The notes under the pieces are model-generated. The model worked only from the letters and a program-made list of their open reading frames with translations. It did no database searches and was not told the origin of the DNA. A stretch of 64,000 bases of DNA, taken from Proteromonas lacertae (lineage: Eukaryota). Below are positions 15,257 through 27,105 of this stretch, piece by piece. Each line of letters starts with the position of its first letter. Position 1 is the first letter of the stretch. The stretch spans positions 1-64,000 of the forward strand of contig NGBS01000583.1 in the NCBI GenBank assembly GCA_002245135.1, written 5' to 3'. The translations under genes and the position numbers were made by a program.

Positions 15257-16903
15257 CTGGGTTGGGCAGGCGCAGGGACGGAATGGCACAAGAACAGCAC
15301 AGGAACAGCACAAATCACGAAAGTGACGTGTTTTTCCGAACTAAAAAAGATAATATGATTTTCATTAATTTATTTTTTATATTTCAGAAAAGTAAATAAG
15401 TCAGAAGTTTTGAAATAAATTATAAACATCATAAGAAATAATAATTCGATTATTATATAATAATATTTTAAGAGTAAGGACTATTTCAACTTCAGACTCT
15501 TCTCCTTCACTTAATTCACTCTCTTCACTAAAATTATCTAATATATATTTTATAATTGTATTACTTTTTTCTTCACCAAGACTGTTTTGTATTTGTAGAA
15601 ACTGAAATACCAATATCATTTCTTAATTCACATGAACCATAACATCTTTTATAATTTTTTTACTTGCTCTTTTTCAGATGACATATTAAGTAATTCCTCT
15701 TTAATTATCTTAATTATTAAATAACCATCATTCAAATTTGCATCATCTCTGCTTGTATATTCGAGGAAAAATAAGTAGTAATTTTTTCAATTTCTTCAAC
15801 TTCTGTAATATGTTTATCATCAATTAATTCTTTATTCTTTCGAATTTCTTTATTCTTTATTATGGAATTCTTTATTCTCCATCTTCTGGAGATACCCTTT
15901 CTTATTCTAGGAATATTTTCATCTTTAAACTTATTTTTAATACTTCTACAATTGTTTAGTTGGTATTGTATATTATTGCAATAATCAAGAATACTTTTAT
16001 ATTTTTCTATCTCAAGTATTCTTTTTTACTTACAATATTAAAAATATGTGCTAAATATGCTTCGTTTTTGTTTCTACTAGTTGTGCCAGCTTTCTCATCG
16101 TAGGACTATTATCTGATACTATACTATAAACTTTGCCTAATGAAATTCCATATTTAGATAATGTTCTTTGTATAACATTTACTAGATTTTCTGCAATTTC
16201 GCTTTCATCCATAATAACACTTTCTAAAAAACACTAAATTTTTCTGTTTTATTATTAAATTTACTACATCTTAATAATTGGTGTTTTTTTCACCCATCTA
16301 TTAACAATGACACCTTATAATCTTTAAATATCCAACTCTAACTAACTTTACACCTTCAGAGTTAATCAAATCTTTAACTATATTTTACTGATGGAATTCT
16401 GAAGTTGTTTGAATATTAAAAAATGCAGCTTGATTAAAACAAGCCCTAAATGATTTTAGATTTTGAATATTGAGTAGGAAAATTTGTTTTAGAGCATAAT
16501 TTTATCAAAGAAAATCGATACATTAGAGTTACTAACTAAATAATTTAACTTGAGAATAAGTAATTATGAAAATTGATAAATAAGCATACTATTGAAACTA
16601 AAAATAGTAGTAAATAGTTCAATGTTATCAGGATATATAAATATAATAATTAAAATGAAATATAAGATATATTTTTTCAATTGTAAAGAAGAACACCGAT
16701 ATAGTGTGTTATATTTGAGCATTTGCTTATTGAATGATATTATTAACTAATAGCAACAAAAAATCAACAACTTAAAACAAAAAATATAGGGACAAAAAAA
16801 CATAAATTATACCGTGCTTTATGAAATGGACGCATAGAATTACTGAGAAGTTTGGGTGAGTGAAAGGCACAAAACACGAAAGTGACGTGCTTTCCGAGCC
16901 CAG
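15257..16903 (-). mobile_element. Decayed hAT-superfamily DNA transposon, left copy
   Basis: 8-bp TSD GTCAATCT at 15249-15256 and 16904-16911. Imperfect TIRs CTGGGTTGGG / CTGGGCTCGG. Fragmented transposase inside. Confidence 0.85.
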
Positions 16904-17210
16904 GTCAATCTATTTAGATCATAATATGGATAAGTTTAAACAAGAGGACGCATGCTTTTCAGCTGAAAGTTAAGGGATAAAAATAGACAAAATGCGAAAG
17001 GGATAACCCAGATTATTACATCAAATCTAGATTAATTTAACAAAAACTCTACAATTCCTGAATAGATATCATTATTATCTTTACTTAAATCAATACTAAA
17101 ATCAGTCATTTTCTTCTTATATAATTTTGATTCTATCGCATTATATGCCAGTTTTTGAAATGCCCTTTTTGTAGTTATTGTCATATAAATATCAGTATGA
17201 TAATTCACTA

Positions 17211-18172
17211 TTAAATTATAAAATAAATAACAATATTAACAATACAATAATGTCCAAATATCAATTTATCATCTATTAAAACATCTGTATTACTTTTATG
17301 TGCAAATACAACAGATAAATATCCAACAACACTTTTCTTATCACCAGTAACATTAGCTAATATAAATATAAATAAGACAGTTATATTTATACAAGAGTCA
17401 CTATATTTACAATCAATAATATTATTCACTTGAAATGATTCATAATACATCATTAATACCATAATAGGATACATTCCACATGCTTCACATTGTTTTTGAT
17501 TCATACATTGATATACATTTTGTGTTTTTCCAGTTAATATATTCATTCTTGTAGACATATCGTATGATTTTGCCATATTTTGGGGATAATAATGAGACAT
17601 ATCAGATGATACTAATATTAATACTATTTAAATAATAATAATATTACAATATATTATTATATACAATCTCCATTATATTGTTTATATAAATTAGTTAAAA
17701 CATAAGCTAATGATTCACATTCTTCTATTGTTACACTACCTATTACTATTGGTACTACTGTGAAATCTATTTTAAATTATAATTATTATTATAGAGAGAT
17801 TGATACTTTGTAGTATATGCTGAAGAAATGGCATTTCAACTTCCAATGAATGTTTCTTGCAAAAATGCTTGACTCATATATTTTGATTTTGTTTTATCTC
17901 TTATATATTTCGCCTGCATCTACATTTATAGGGGTTGTACCGGGTTGAGTTTTGTGTAATGTGTTATCTAATACAAATATTCCATAAAATGCACATCTGT
18001 ATAACCAGTATGAGTGACATTCAAGCCTTATATCGTTTCAATTATCTCAAAATAATTCTGTTACTATAAATAAGTATATATACTTCTTCAAGTAATTTAT
18101 CAAAAGTGTTTCTTAATTCAGAGATTTGAAGGATACCACGATCCTGCAAATTTACTGTCAATCGTAACAGCA
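17211..18172 (-). pseudogene. Memo (MEMO1/AmmeMemoRadiSam protein B)-family gene, apparently degenerate, left copy
   Basis: Mirror of 23130-24089; same Memo motifs. Confidence 0.7.
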
Positions 18173-18594
18173 TACTGAATTAATTGTACAAATAATTTGA
18201 AGTAATAAAACAAAGTAGATACAAAAAATAAAACATAACTAGGCTTGGTTCTAAGTTTGATTTCAAATAGTTTTTATTGAATTTAATGCTTCCAATATAG
18301 TATTACTGATTTTAATTGTTTTAATGTTGATGTTCCTGTACAAATTAATTGTCTTATGAGTTATAAATTAACAGATATTTGAATATACGATTAAGGAAAT
18401 AGAGAGTTAGAATTTAAGGAATATTCGTTTATTTTTTGTTACAGTAATGAAATTTATTGAAGATGTAGAATAAGTTCAATCGAGTTAAAATAGTTGTAAA
18501 TATTACATGAACACATTAACAGAAAATTAAAGATGAATATATTAATAAGTAAATGTGTATAACCAAATTAACTCACATTATTAACTTGTTCTAA

Positions 18595-20036
18595 TTAATC
18601 AGTACAGATTTTCTTCGAAAGATAATCTTTCTTTTCTGTATCAGACATTTTATAGTATTTTTCAGATTGATCTTTGTCCAAATTTCTCCATAATTCAGAT
18701 ATGATTTTTGATTGTTCAACGAAAGAAATATCTGGATATTTCAGTTTAATAATTTTTGATTGCTCAATTAGAAATAGTATATAAGCAGATCTAGGTTTCT
18801 TTTCCTTATATTCTTTTCTTATTGTTATAGAAGCCTCTGCTATTTTCAGTTTTTGTGTAGCAGTAATAGCATTTTTAAATAATGAATAATTCTTTGGTTG
18901 TTTAACTCTAACACCTCCTAGATTTTTACCGCATCTTTTTGCCTCAATTATTTCATCATAACATCGAATTTCGTCAAAATATGCTTTTATGTCATATTCT
19001 TTTCTTTCCTTAGCTGTAAGTGTTTTCCAAAAAACACCAATATATGAATTTATTTGATTTTTTGTCATATATTTCAACTTATCTGCGAATTGAGGTCTTT
19101 GATGTTGTATAAAAAAGTTGTATGCACTTATTGGTTTTTTAATTTCTGGTTTATTCTTGATTTTAGGCTTATCTGATTTTGCTTTTAATATACTTTTAAT
19201 ATAAATTTCTTTGTTATTTTGTAATTTTGGATCAATGGTTAACATATCACTACTAATTACTGGATAAGATGTAGTATCAATGGAAAACGCACAAAAATCA
19301 TTTGTACATTTATGAAAGTATTTCTCTCTTTTTCTTATAATCCATTTTTTTTGAGAATTGTTGGTTATTAGCCTTTCTCTTGTTTCAATTTTTTCATAGT
19401 TATTTATTATTGCTGCTATTGAATAGCATGTTCCATGAGCATCTTCAAAAAATATTTCATCTTTATTAGATTTCGTACGACAGCAACATATGTTCATTAG
19501 CACTACAAACAGCTTGCTATATAGTATATTAGAATTATTTAAATAGTCCTTAATCCAAGGCACTAATATAAATCTTGCATATTCTAACTATTATAATAGA
19601 ATGGTTATTTATACCTTTTTATTTGTTGATGTGAATATGTAAGGAGTATCTTTAAGAAGTTTGATTGTACATTTGTTCTGCATGTTATGATATACGTAAT
19701 TTAGATTATCACCAATAGTTAATTGACAATTATTATATTCATCTGATTTTAGTAAAGTGCATAATGCAATAAAACTGTCAGGTGTTAGGTTAGATGTGAA
19801 AAAGCAATCAATTAATGTTTTGCATTGATTAGAATTAACTTCATCATTTGCAATGACACACATTACTTTCGTTGATTCCAATCTAATACTGTCGGGGGTT
19901 ATTAGATCCTAAAAATAAAATTAAATTATACTTCAATATGTGGGTTTACTGTCTTGCAGTATGATTCTCTGTCTCCTTCATAATTATGTAGAATTATTTG
20001 ATGAATATCATTGAAATAAAGGAACAAAAAACTCAT
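18595..20036 (-). CDS. Two-HMG-box protein (~463 aa, 3 exons), left copy
   Basis: HMG boxes KKPISAYNFF...IGVFWKTL and KKPRSAYILF...ISELWRNL. ATG at 20036. Confidence 0.85.
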
Positions 20037-20541
20037 TTTTTTTGGAGTGCCTCAAATCAGTATCAAGCTAAATAAAAAAATTATCGTTACAAACTGTAAC
20101 GATTATTTTCAATTTCTTTTTATTTATTCAATTATCTAACGTTATGTTTTAATATTTATTTCTCTTTTTATATTTATATCTTATGTATTTGACTTATATT
20201 AAAAAAATAATATCATGAGTAATTCAAATTCTTTGAAGTGTAAATAAACATATTTTGTATATTAAACATATTATGTCAAGATACACTAATAACAGTAATT
20301 ACACTCTATTGATCAAAAAATAAGTTTGATTTATTTCTATCAATGTAGCTTTAGTGTGTATATAGAAGCGGAGGCGTAACTCATTATAGTTATCGACATA
20401 ATTATGTTGTTAAAATTATCAATTAACATATGCTAAGCTATTCACAAGTTGGAAATTTCAAGTGAAGCTGGTAAGATGTATATCAAAATATATGTATAAG
20501 TAATAACTCATTAATGAGCTATGAGTAGTTACTCTCCATTT

Positions 20542-20760
20542 GCTATAGTTTTAATATGATAAGTTGTGTGTGTAATATTTCAATTATATTGAGTGAATAG
20601 TTGATTATTTGAATAGTAGTACATAGTAGATGGTGAAATAATAGATGATGAAAGTAAAGCTACATTTACATACATATAATTGCTGTAAATTAATTAATTG
20701 TGAAAAAATTTATCCATATAATTAAAATAATTAAACAAATACAACTAATTAGAATTTCAT
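20542..20760. other. Non-palindromic central spacer (219 bp)
   Basis: Arms match up to 20527/20775, then form an imperfect 14-bp stem (20528-20541 vs 20761-20774, 2 mismatches). The sequence between them is unique. Confidence 0.9.
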
Positions 20761-21265
20761 AAATGTAGAGTAATTACTCATAGCTCATTAATGAGTTATT
20801 ACTTATACATATATTTTGATATACATCTTACCAGCTTCACTTGAAATTTCCAACTTGTGAATAGCTTAGCATATGTTAATTGATAATTTTAACAACATAA
20901 TTATGTCGATAACTATAATGAGTTACGCCTCCGCTTCTATATACACACTAAAGCTACATTGATAGAAATAAATCAAACTTATTTTTTGATCAATAGAGTG
21001 TAATTACTGTTATTAGTGTATCTTGACATAATATGTTTAATATACAAAATATGTTTATTTACACTTCAAAGAATTTGAATTACTCATGATATTATTTTTT
21101 TAATATAAGTCAAATACATAAGATATAAATATAAAAAGAGAAATAAATATTAAAACATAACGTTAGATAATTGAATAAATAAAAAGAAATTGAAAATAAT
21201 CGTTACAGTTTGTAACGATAATTTTTTTATTTAGCTTGATACTGATTTGAGGCACTCCAAAAAAA

Positions 21266-22707
21266 ATGAGTTTTTTGTTCCTTTATTTCAATGATATTCA
21301 TCAAATAATTCTACATAATTATGAAGGAGACAGAGAATCATACTGCAAGACAGTAAACCCACATATTGAAGTATAATTTAATTTTATTTTTAGGATCTAA
21401 TAACCCCCGACAGTATTAGATTGGAATCAACGAAAGTAATGTGTGTCATTGCAAATGATGAAGTTAATTCTAATCAATGCAAAACATTAATTGATTGCTT
21501 TTTCACATCTAACCTAACACCTGACAGTTTTATTGCATTATGCACTTTACTAAAATCAGATGAATATAATAATTGTCAATTAATTATTGGTGATAATCTA
21601 AATTACGTATATCATAACATGCAGAACAAATGTACAATCAAACTTCTTAAAGATACTCCTTACATATTCACATCAACAAATAAAAAGGTATAAATAACCA
21701 TTCTATTATAATAGTTAGAATATGCAAGATTTATATTAGTGCCTTGGATTAAGGACTATTTAAATAATTCTAATATACTATATAGCAAGCTGTTTGTAGT
21801 GCTAATGAACATATGTTGCTGTCGTACGAAATCTAATAAAGATGAAATATTTTTTGAAGATGCTCATGGAACATGCTATTCAATAGCAGCAATAATAAAT
21901 AACTATGAAAAAATTGAAACAAGAGAAAGGCTAATAACCAACAATTCTCAAAAAAAATGGATTATAAGAAAAAGAGAGAAATACTTTCATAAATGTACAA
22001 ATGATTTTTGTGCGTTTTCCATTGATACTACATCTTATCCAGTAATTAGTAGTGATATGTTAACCATTGATCCAAAATTACAAAATAACAAAGAAATTTA
22101 TATTAAAAGTATATTAAAAGCAAAATCAGATAAGCCTAAAATCAAGAATAAACCAGAAATTAAAAAACCAATAAGTGCATACAACTTTTTTATACAACAT
22201 CAAAGACCTCAATTCGCAGATAAGTTGAAATATATGACAAAAAATCAAATAAATTCATATATTGGTGTTTTTTGGAAAACACTTACAGCTAAGGAAAGAA
22301 AAGAATATGACATAAAAGCATATTTTGACGAAATTCGATGTTATGATGAAATAATTGAGGCAAAAAGATGCGGTAAAAATCTAGGAGGTGTTAGAGTTAA
22401 ACAACCAAAGAATTATTCATTATTTAAAAATGCTATTACTGCTACACAAAAACTGAAAATAGCAGAGGCTTCTATAACAATAAGAAAAGAATATAAGGAA
22501 AAGAAACCTAGATCTGCTTATATACTATTTCTAATTGAGCAATCAAAAATTATTAAACTGAAATATCCAGATATTTCTTTCGTTGAACAATCAAAAATCA
22601 TATCTGAATTATGGAGAAATTTGGACAAAGATCAATCTGAAAAATACTATAAAATGTCTGATACAGAAAAGAAAGATTATCTTTCGAAGAAAATCTGTAC
22701 TGATTAA
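21266..22707 (+). CDS. Two-HMG-box protein (~463 aa, 3 exons), right copy
   Basis: ATG 21266; introns 21371-21393 and 21688-21714 join the exons in frame; two HMG-box motifs in the C-terminal half. Confidence 0.85.
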
Positions 22708-23129
22708 TTAGAACAAGTTAATAATGTGAGTTAATTTGGTTATACACATTTACTTATTAATATATTCATCTTTAATTTTCTGTTAATGTGTTCATGTAAT
22801 ATTTACAACTATTTTAACTCGATTGAACTTATTCTACATCTTCAATAAATTTCATTACTGTAACAAAAAATAAACGAATATTCCTTAAATTCTAACTCTC
22901 TATTTCCTTAATCGTATATTCAAATATCTGTTAATTTATAACTCATAAGACAATTAATTTGTACAGGAACATCAACATTAAAACAATTAAAATCAGTAAT
23001 ACTATATTGGAAGCATTAAATTCAATAAAAACTATTTGAAATCAAACTTAGAACCAAGCCTAGTTATGTTTTATTTTTTGTATCTACTTTGTTTTATTAC
23101 TTCAAATTATTTGTACAATTAATTCAGTA

Positions 23130-24089
23130 TGCTGTTACGATTGACAGTAAATTTGCAGGATCGTGGTATCCTTCAAATCTCTGAATTAAGAAACACTTTT
23201 GATAAATTACTTGAAGAAGTATATATACTTATTTATAGTAACAGAATTATTTTGAGATAATTGAAACGATATAAGGCTTGAATGTCACTCATACTGGTTA
23301 TACAGATGTGCATTTTATGGAATATTTGTATTAGATAACACATTACACAAAACTCAACCCGGTACAACCCCTATAAATGTAGATGCAGCGAAATATATAA
23401 GAGATAAAACAAAATCAAAATATATGAGTCAAGCATTTTTGCAAGAACATTCATTGGAAGTTGAAATGCCATTTCTTCAGCATATACTACAAAGTATCAA
23501 TCTCTCTATAATAATAATTATAATTTAAAATAGATTTCACAGTAGTACCAATAGTAATAGGTAGTGTAACAATAGAAGAATGTGAATCATTAGCTTATGT
23601 TTTAACTAATTTATATAAACAATATAATGGAGATTGTATATAATAATATATTGTAATATTATTATTATTTAAATAGTATTAATATTAGTATCATCTGATA
23701 TGTCTCATTATTATCCCCAAAATATGGCAAAATCATACGATATGTCTACAAGAATGAATATATTAACTGGAAAAACACAAAATGTATATCAATGTATGAA
23801 TCAAAAACAATGTGAAGCATGTGGAATGTATCCTATTATGGTATTAATGATGTATTATGAATCATTTCAAGTGAATAATATTATTGATTGTAAATATAGT
23901 GACTCTTGTATAAATATAACTGTCTTATTTATATTTATATTAGCTAATGTTACTGGTGATAAGAAAAGTGTTGTTGGATATTTATCTGTTGTATTTGCAC
24001 ATAAAAGTAATACAGATGTTTTAATAGATGATAAATTGATATTTGGACATTATTGTATTGTTAATATTGTTATTTATTTTATAATTTAA
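23130..24089 (+). pseudogene. Memo-family gene, apparently degenerate, right copy
   Basis: Memo motifs in the expected order: FAGSWYP (~23152), HTGY, EHSLEVEMPFLQ (~23445), FTVVPIVIG, ILVSSDMSHY, ACGMYPI and VTGDKKSVVGYLS. An in-frame TGA/frameshift follows AGSWYPSNL in both arms. Confidence 0.7.
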
Positions 24090-24396
24090 TAGTGAATTAT
24101 CATACTGATATTTATATGACAATAACTACAAAAAGGGCATTTCAAAAACTGGCATATAATGCGATAGAATCAAAATTATATAAGAAGAAAATGACTGATT
24201 TTAGTATTGATTTAAGTAAAGATAATAATGATATCTATTCAGGAATTGTAGAGTTTTTGTTAAATTAATCTAGATTTGATGTAATAATCTGGGTTATCCC
24301 TTTCGCATTTTGTCTATTTTTATCCCTTAACTTTCAGCTGAAAAGCATGCGTCCTCTTGTTTAAACTTATCCATATTATGATCTAAATAGATTGAC

Positions 24397-26044
24397 CTGG
24401 GCTCGGAAAAGCACGTCACTTTCGTGTTTTGTGCCTTTCACTCACCCAAACTTCTCAGTAATTCTATGCGTCCATTTCATAAAGCACGGTATAATTTATG
24501 TTTTTTTGTCCCTATATTTTTTGTTTTAAGTTGTTGATTTTTTGTTGCTATTAGTTAATAATATCATTCAATAAGCAAATGCTCAAATATAACACACTAT
24601 ATCGGTGTTCTTCTTTACAATTGAAAAAATATATCTTATATTTCATTTTAATTATTATATTTATATATCCTGATAACATTGAACTATTTACTACTATTTT
24701 TAGTTTCAATAGTATGCTTATTTATCAATTTTCATAATTACTTATTCTCAAGTTAAATTATTTAGTTAGTAACTCTAATGTATCGATTTTCTTTGATAAA
24801 ATTATGCTCTAAAACAAATTTTCCTACTCAATATTCAAAATCTAAAATCATTTAGGGCTTGTTTTAATCAAGCTGCATTTTTTAATATTCAAACAACTTC
24901 AGAATTCCATCAGTAAAATATAGTTAAAGATTTGATTAACTCTGAAGGTGTAAAGTTAGTTAGAGTTGGATATTTAAAGATTATAAGGTGTCATTGTTAA
25001 TAGATGGGTGAAAAAACACCAATTATTAAGATGTAGTAAATTTAATAATAAAACAGAAAAATTTAGTGTTTTTTAGAAAGTGTTATTATGGATGAAAGCG
25101 AAATTGCAGAAAATCTAGTAAATGTTATACAAAGAACATTATCTAAATATGGAATTTCATTAGGCAAAGTTTATAGTATAGTATCAGATAATAGTCCTAC
25201 GATGAGAAAGCTGGCACAACTAGTAGAAACAAAAACGAAGCATATTTAGCACATATTTTTAATATTGTAAGTAAAAAAGAATACTTGAGATAGAAAAATA
25301 TAAAAGTATTCTTGATTATTGCAATAATATACAATACCAACTAAACAATTGTAGAAGTATTAAAAATAAGTTTAAAGATGAAAATATTCCTAGAATAAGA
25401 AAGGGTATCTCCAGAAGATGGAGAATAAAGAATTCCATAATAAAGAATAAAGAAATTCGAAAGAATAAAGAATTAATTGATGATAAACATATTACAGAAG
25501 TTGAAGAAATTGAAAAAATTACTACTTATTTTTCCTCGAATATACAAGCAGAGATGATGCAAATTTGAATGATGGTTATTTAATAATTAAGATAATTAAA
25601 GAGGAATTACTTAATATGTCATCTGAAAAAGAGCAAGTAAAAAAAATTATAAAAGATGTTATGGTTCATGTGAATTAAGAAATGATATTGGTATTTCAGT
25701 TTCTACAAATACAAAACAGTCTTGGTGAAGAAAAAAGTAATACAATTATAAAATATATATTAGATAATTTTAGTGAAGAGAGTGAATTAAGTGAAGGAGA
25801 AGAGTCTGAAGTTGAAATAGTCCTTACTCTTAAAATATTATTATATAATAATCGAATTATTATTTCTTATGATGTTTATAATTTATTTCAAAACTTCTGA
25901 CTTATTTACTTTTCTGAAATATAAAAAATAAATTAATGAAAATCATATTATCTTTTTTAGTTCGGAAAAACACGTCACTTTCGTGATTTGTGCTGTTCCT
26001 GTGCTGTTCTTGTGCCATTCCGTCCCTGCGCCTGCCCAACCCAG
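24397..26044 (+). mobile_element. Decayed hAT-superfamily DNA transposon, right copy (1648 bp)
   Basis: Perfect 8-bp TSD AGATTGAC at 24389-24396 and 26045-26052. Termini CTGGGCTCGG and CCCAACCCAG. Transposase remnants SLLIDG*, AENLVNVIQRTLSKYGISLGKVYSIVSDNSPTM and LAHIFNIV, with stops and frameshifts. Confidence 0.87.
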
Positions 26045-27105
26045 AGATTGACATATGCCATTTAATAAAATAAAACTCATATTCTTTTTAAATAATCAAA
26101 CAATTTCATTTGTCTATTAATTTAAACTACTGAAATAGAATTGTGTTTAAATTTGCATATTTATAATACTGTTCTTATAAAAAACAATGATGTTAATTTA
26201 AAAGATGAAAATACAAATGGATGAAATAGCGCATATTAATAATAGAAATTGTGTTGTAAATCCAGAATTATTTTACCCTTTTAAAATTTTTAGCGTTATT
26301 TTGTGAATCGTTAAATAGACTATTTTCATTTTTAGATGAATTAATGATAATATCGGGAAAACAGAAGCAATTGTGTATATTATATATAATTATATGTCTC
26401 TTATTGATTCTGATGAATTTGAATTACAAAGGACAAGGACAGAAGGAGGGGGGCACAGCACAGGAATGACAACCTTTCTGTATCTAGGGATTTTTGTTGA
26501 TGGATTCATATATTTACTTAAACTATTACATGTAACAATTATTTTCTACTATTAAATTGACTTATTCATATTTAATACTCGGATTTGTAATTGTTAGTTT
26601 ATAGTTTGTATATTTTGCTTGGTTATTCAATTCATTTTCTCCATTAACCGTTATGTCATTGTTGCAATTAAAGTAAGCTGCATGGCAACCCTTTTTATAT
26701 GAAAATGAAAAGCTTGAAATAGATCAAGCTTAAATATTCAATATTATATATATGTATTACTATTACTATATTGGTATATTAGTATGTAAATAAACATCAT
26801 ATTTTATAAAATTGTGTAATTTTTAAAATAATATAGTATTTTCATGAATGATTGATAAAGCTTAATACATAAGTTAAAATTTTTACGATATAAGATATCT
26901 TAATATTCTGATCATTTCAATTAATTATATTTACCCCTTTTGAATCAATATATATCAAATAACTATGTAATATATGTATAAATATGTGTTATTTAGATAA
27001 GTTTAATAGACAATCATTACGAAAAATTCTGATCAATAGAGTTTTATCAAATAACAGTTTATTATTTCTTATATACAATAGTGAAAGAAAATAAATATAT
27101 TATAT

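Larger units (their letters stand above)
1..20541. repeat. Left arm of giant inverted duplication (palindrome)
   Basis: ORFs mirror those in 20761-41314 (e.g. 18595-19563(-) is identical to 21739-22707(+); mirror coordinates sum to about 41302). Position 1 TGTGAAAAAGG matches the reverse complement of sequence ending at 41314. Confidence 0.98.

Noticed and set aside
26373..26555. GC-rich patch GGGGGCACAGCACAGGAA (mirror at ~14835) resembling the hAT subterminal units
   Set aside because: Only ~11 bp match, it lies outside the TSD-defined element, and it has no termini or TSD of its own. The 60-aa ORF is unrecognisable.
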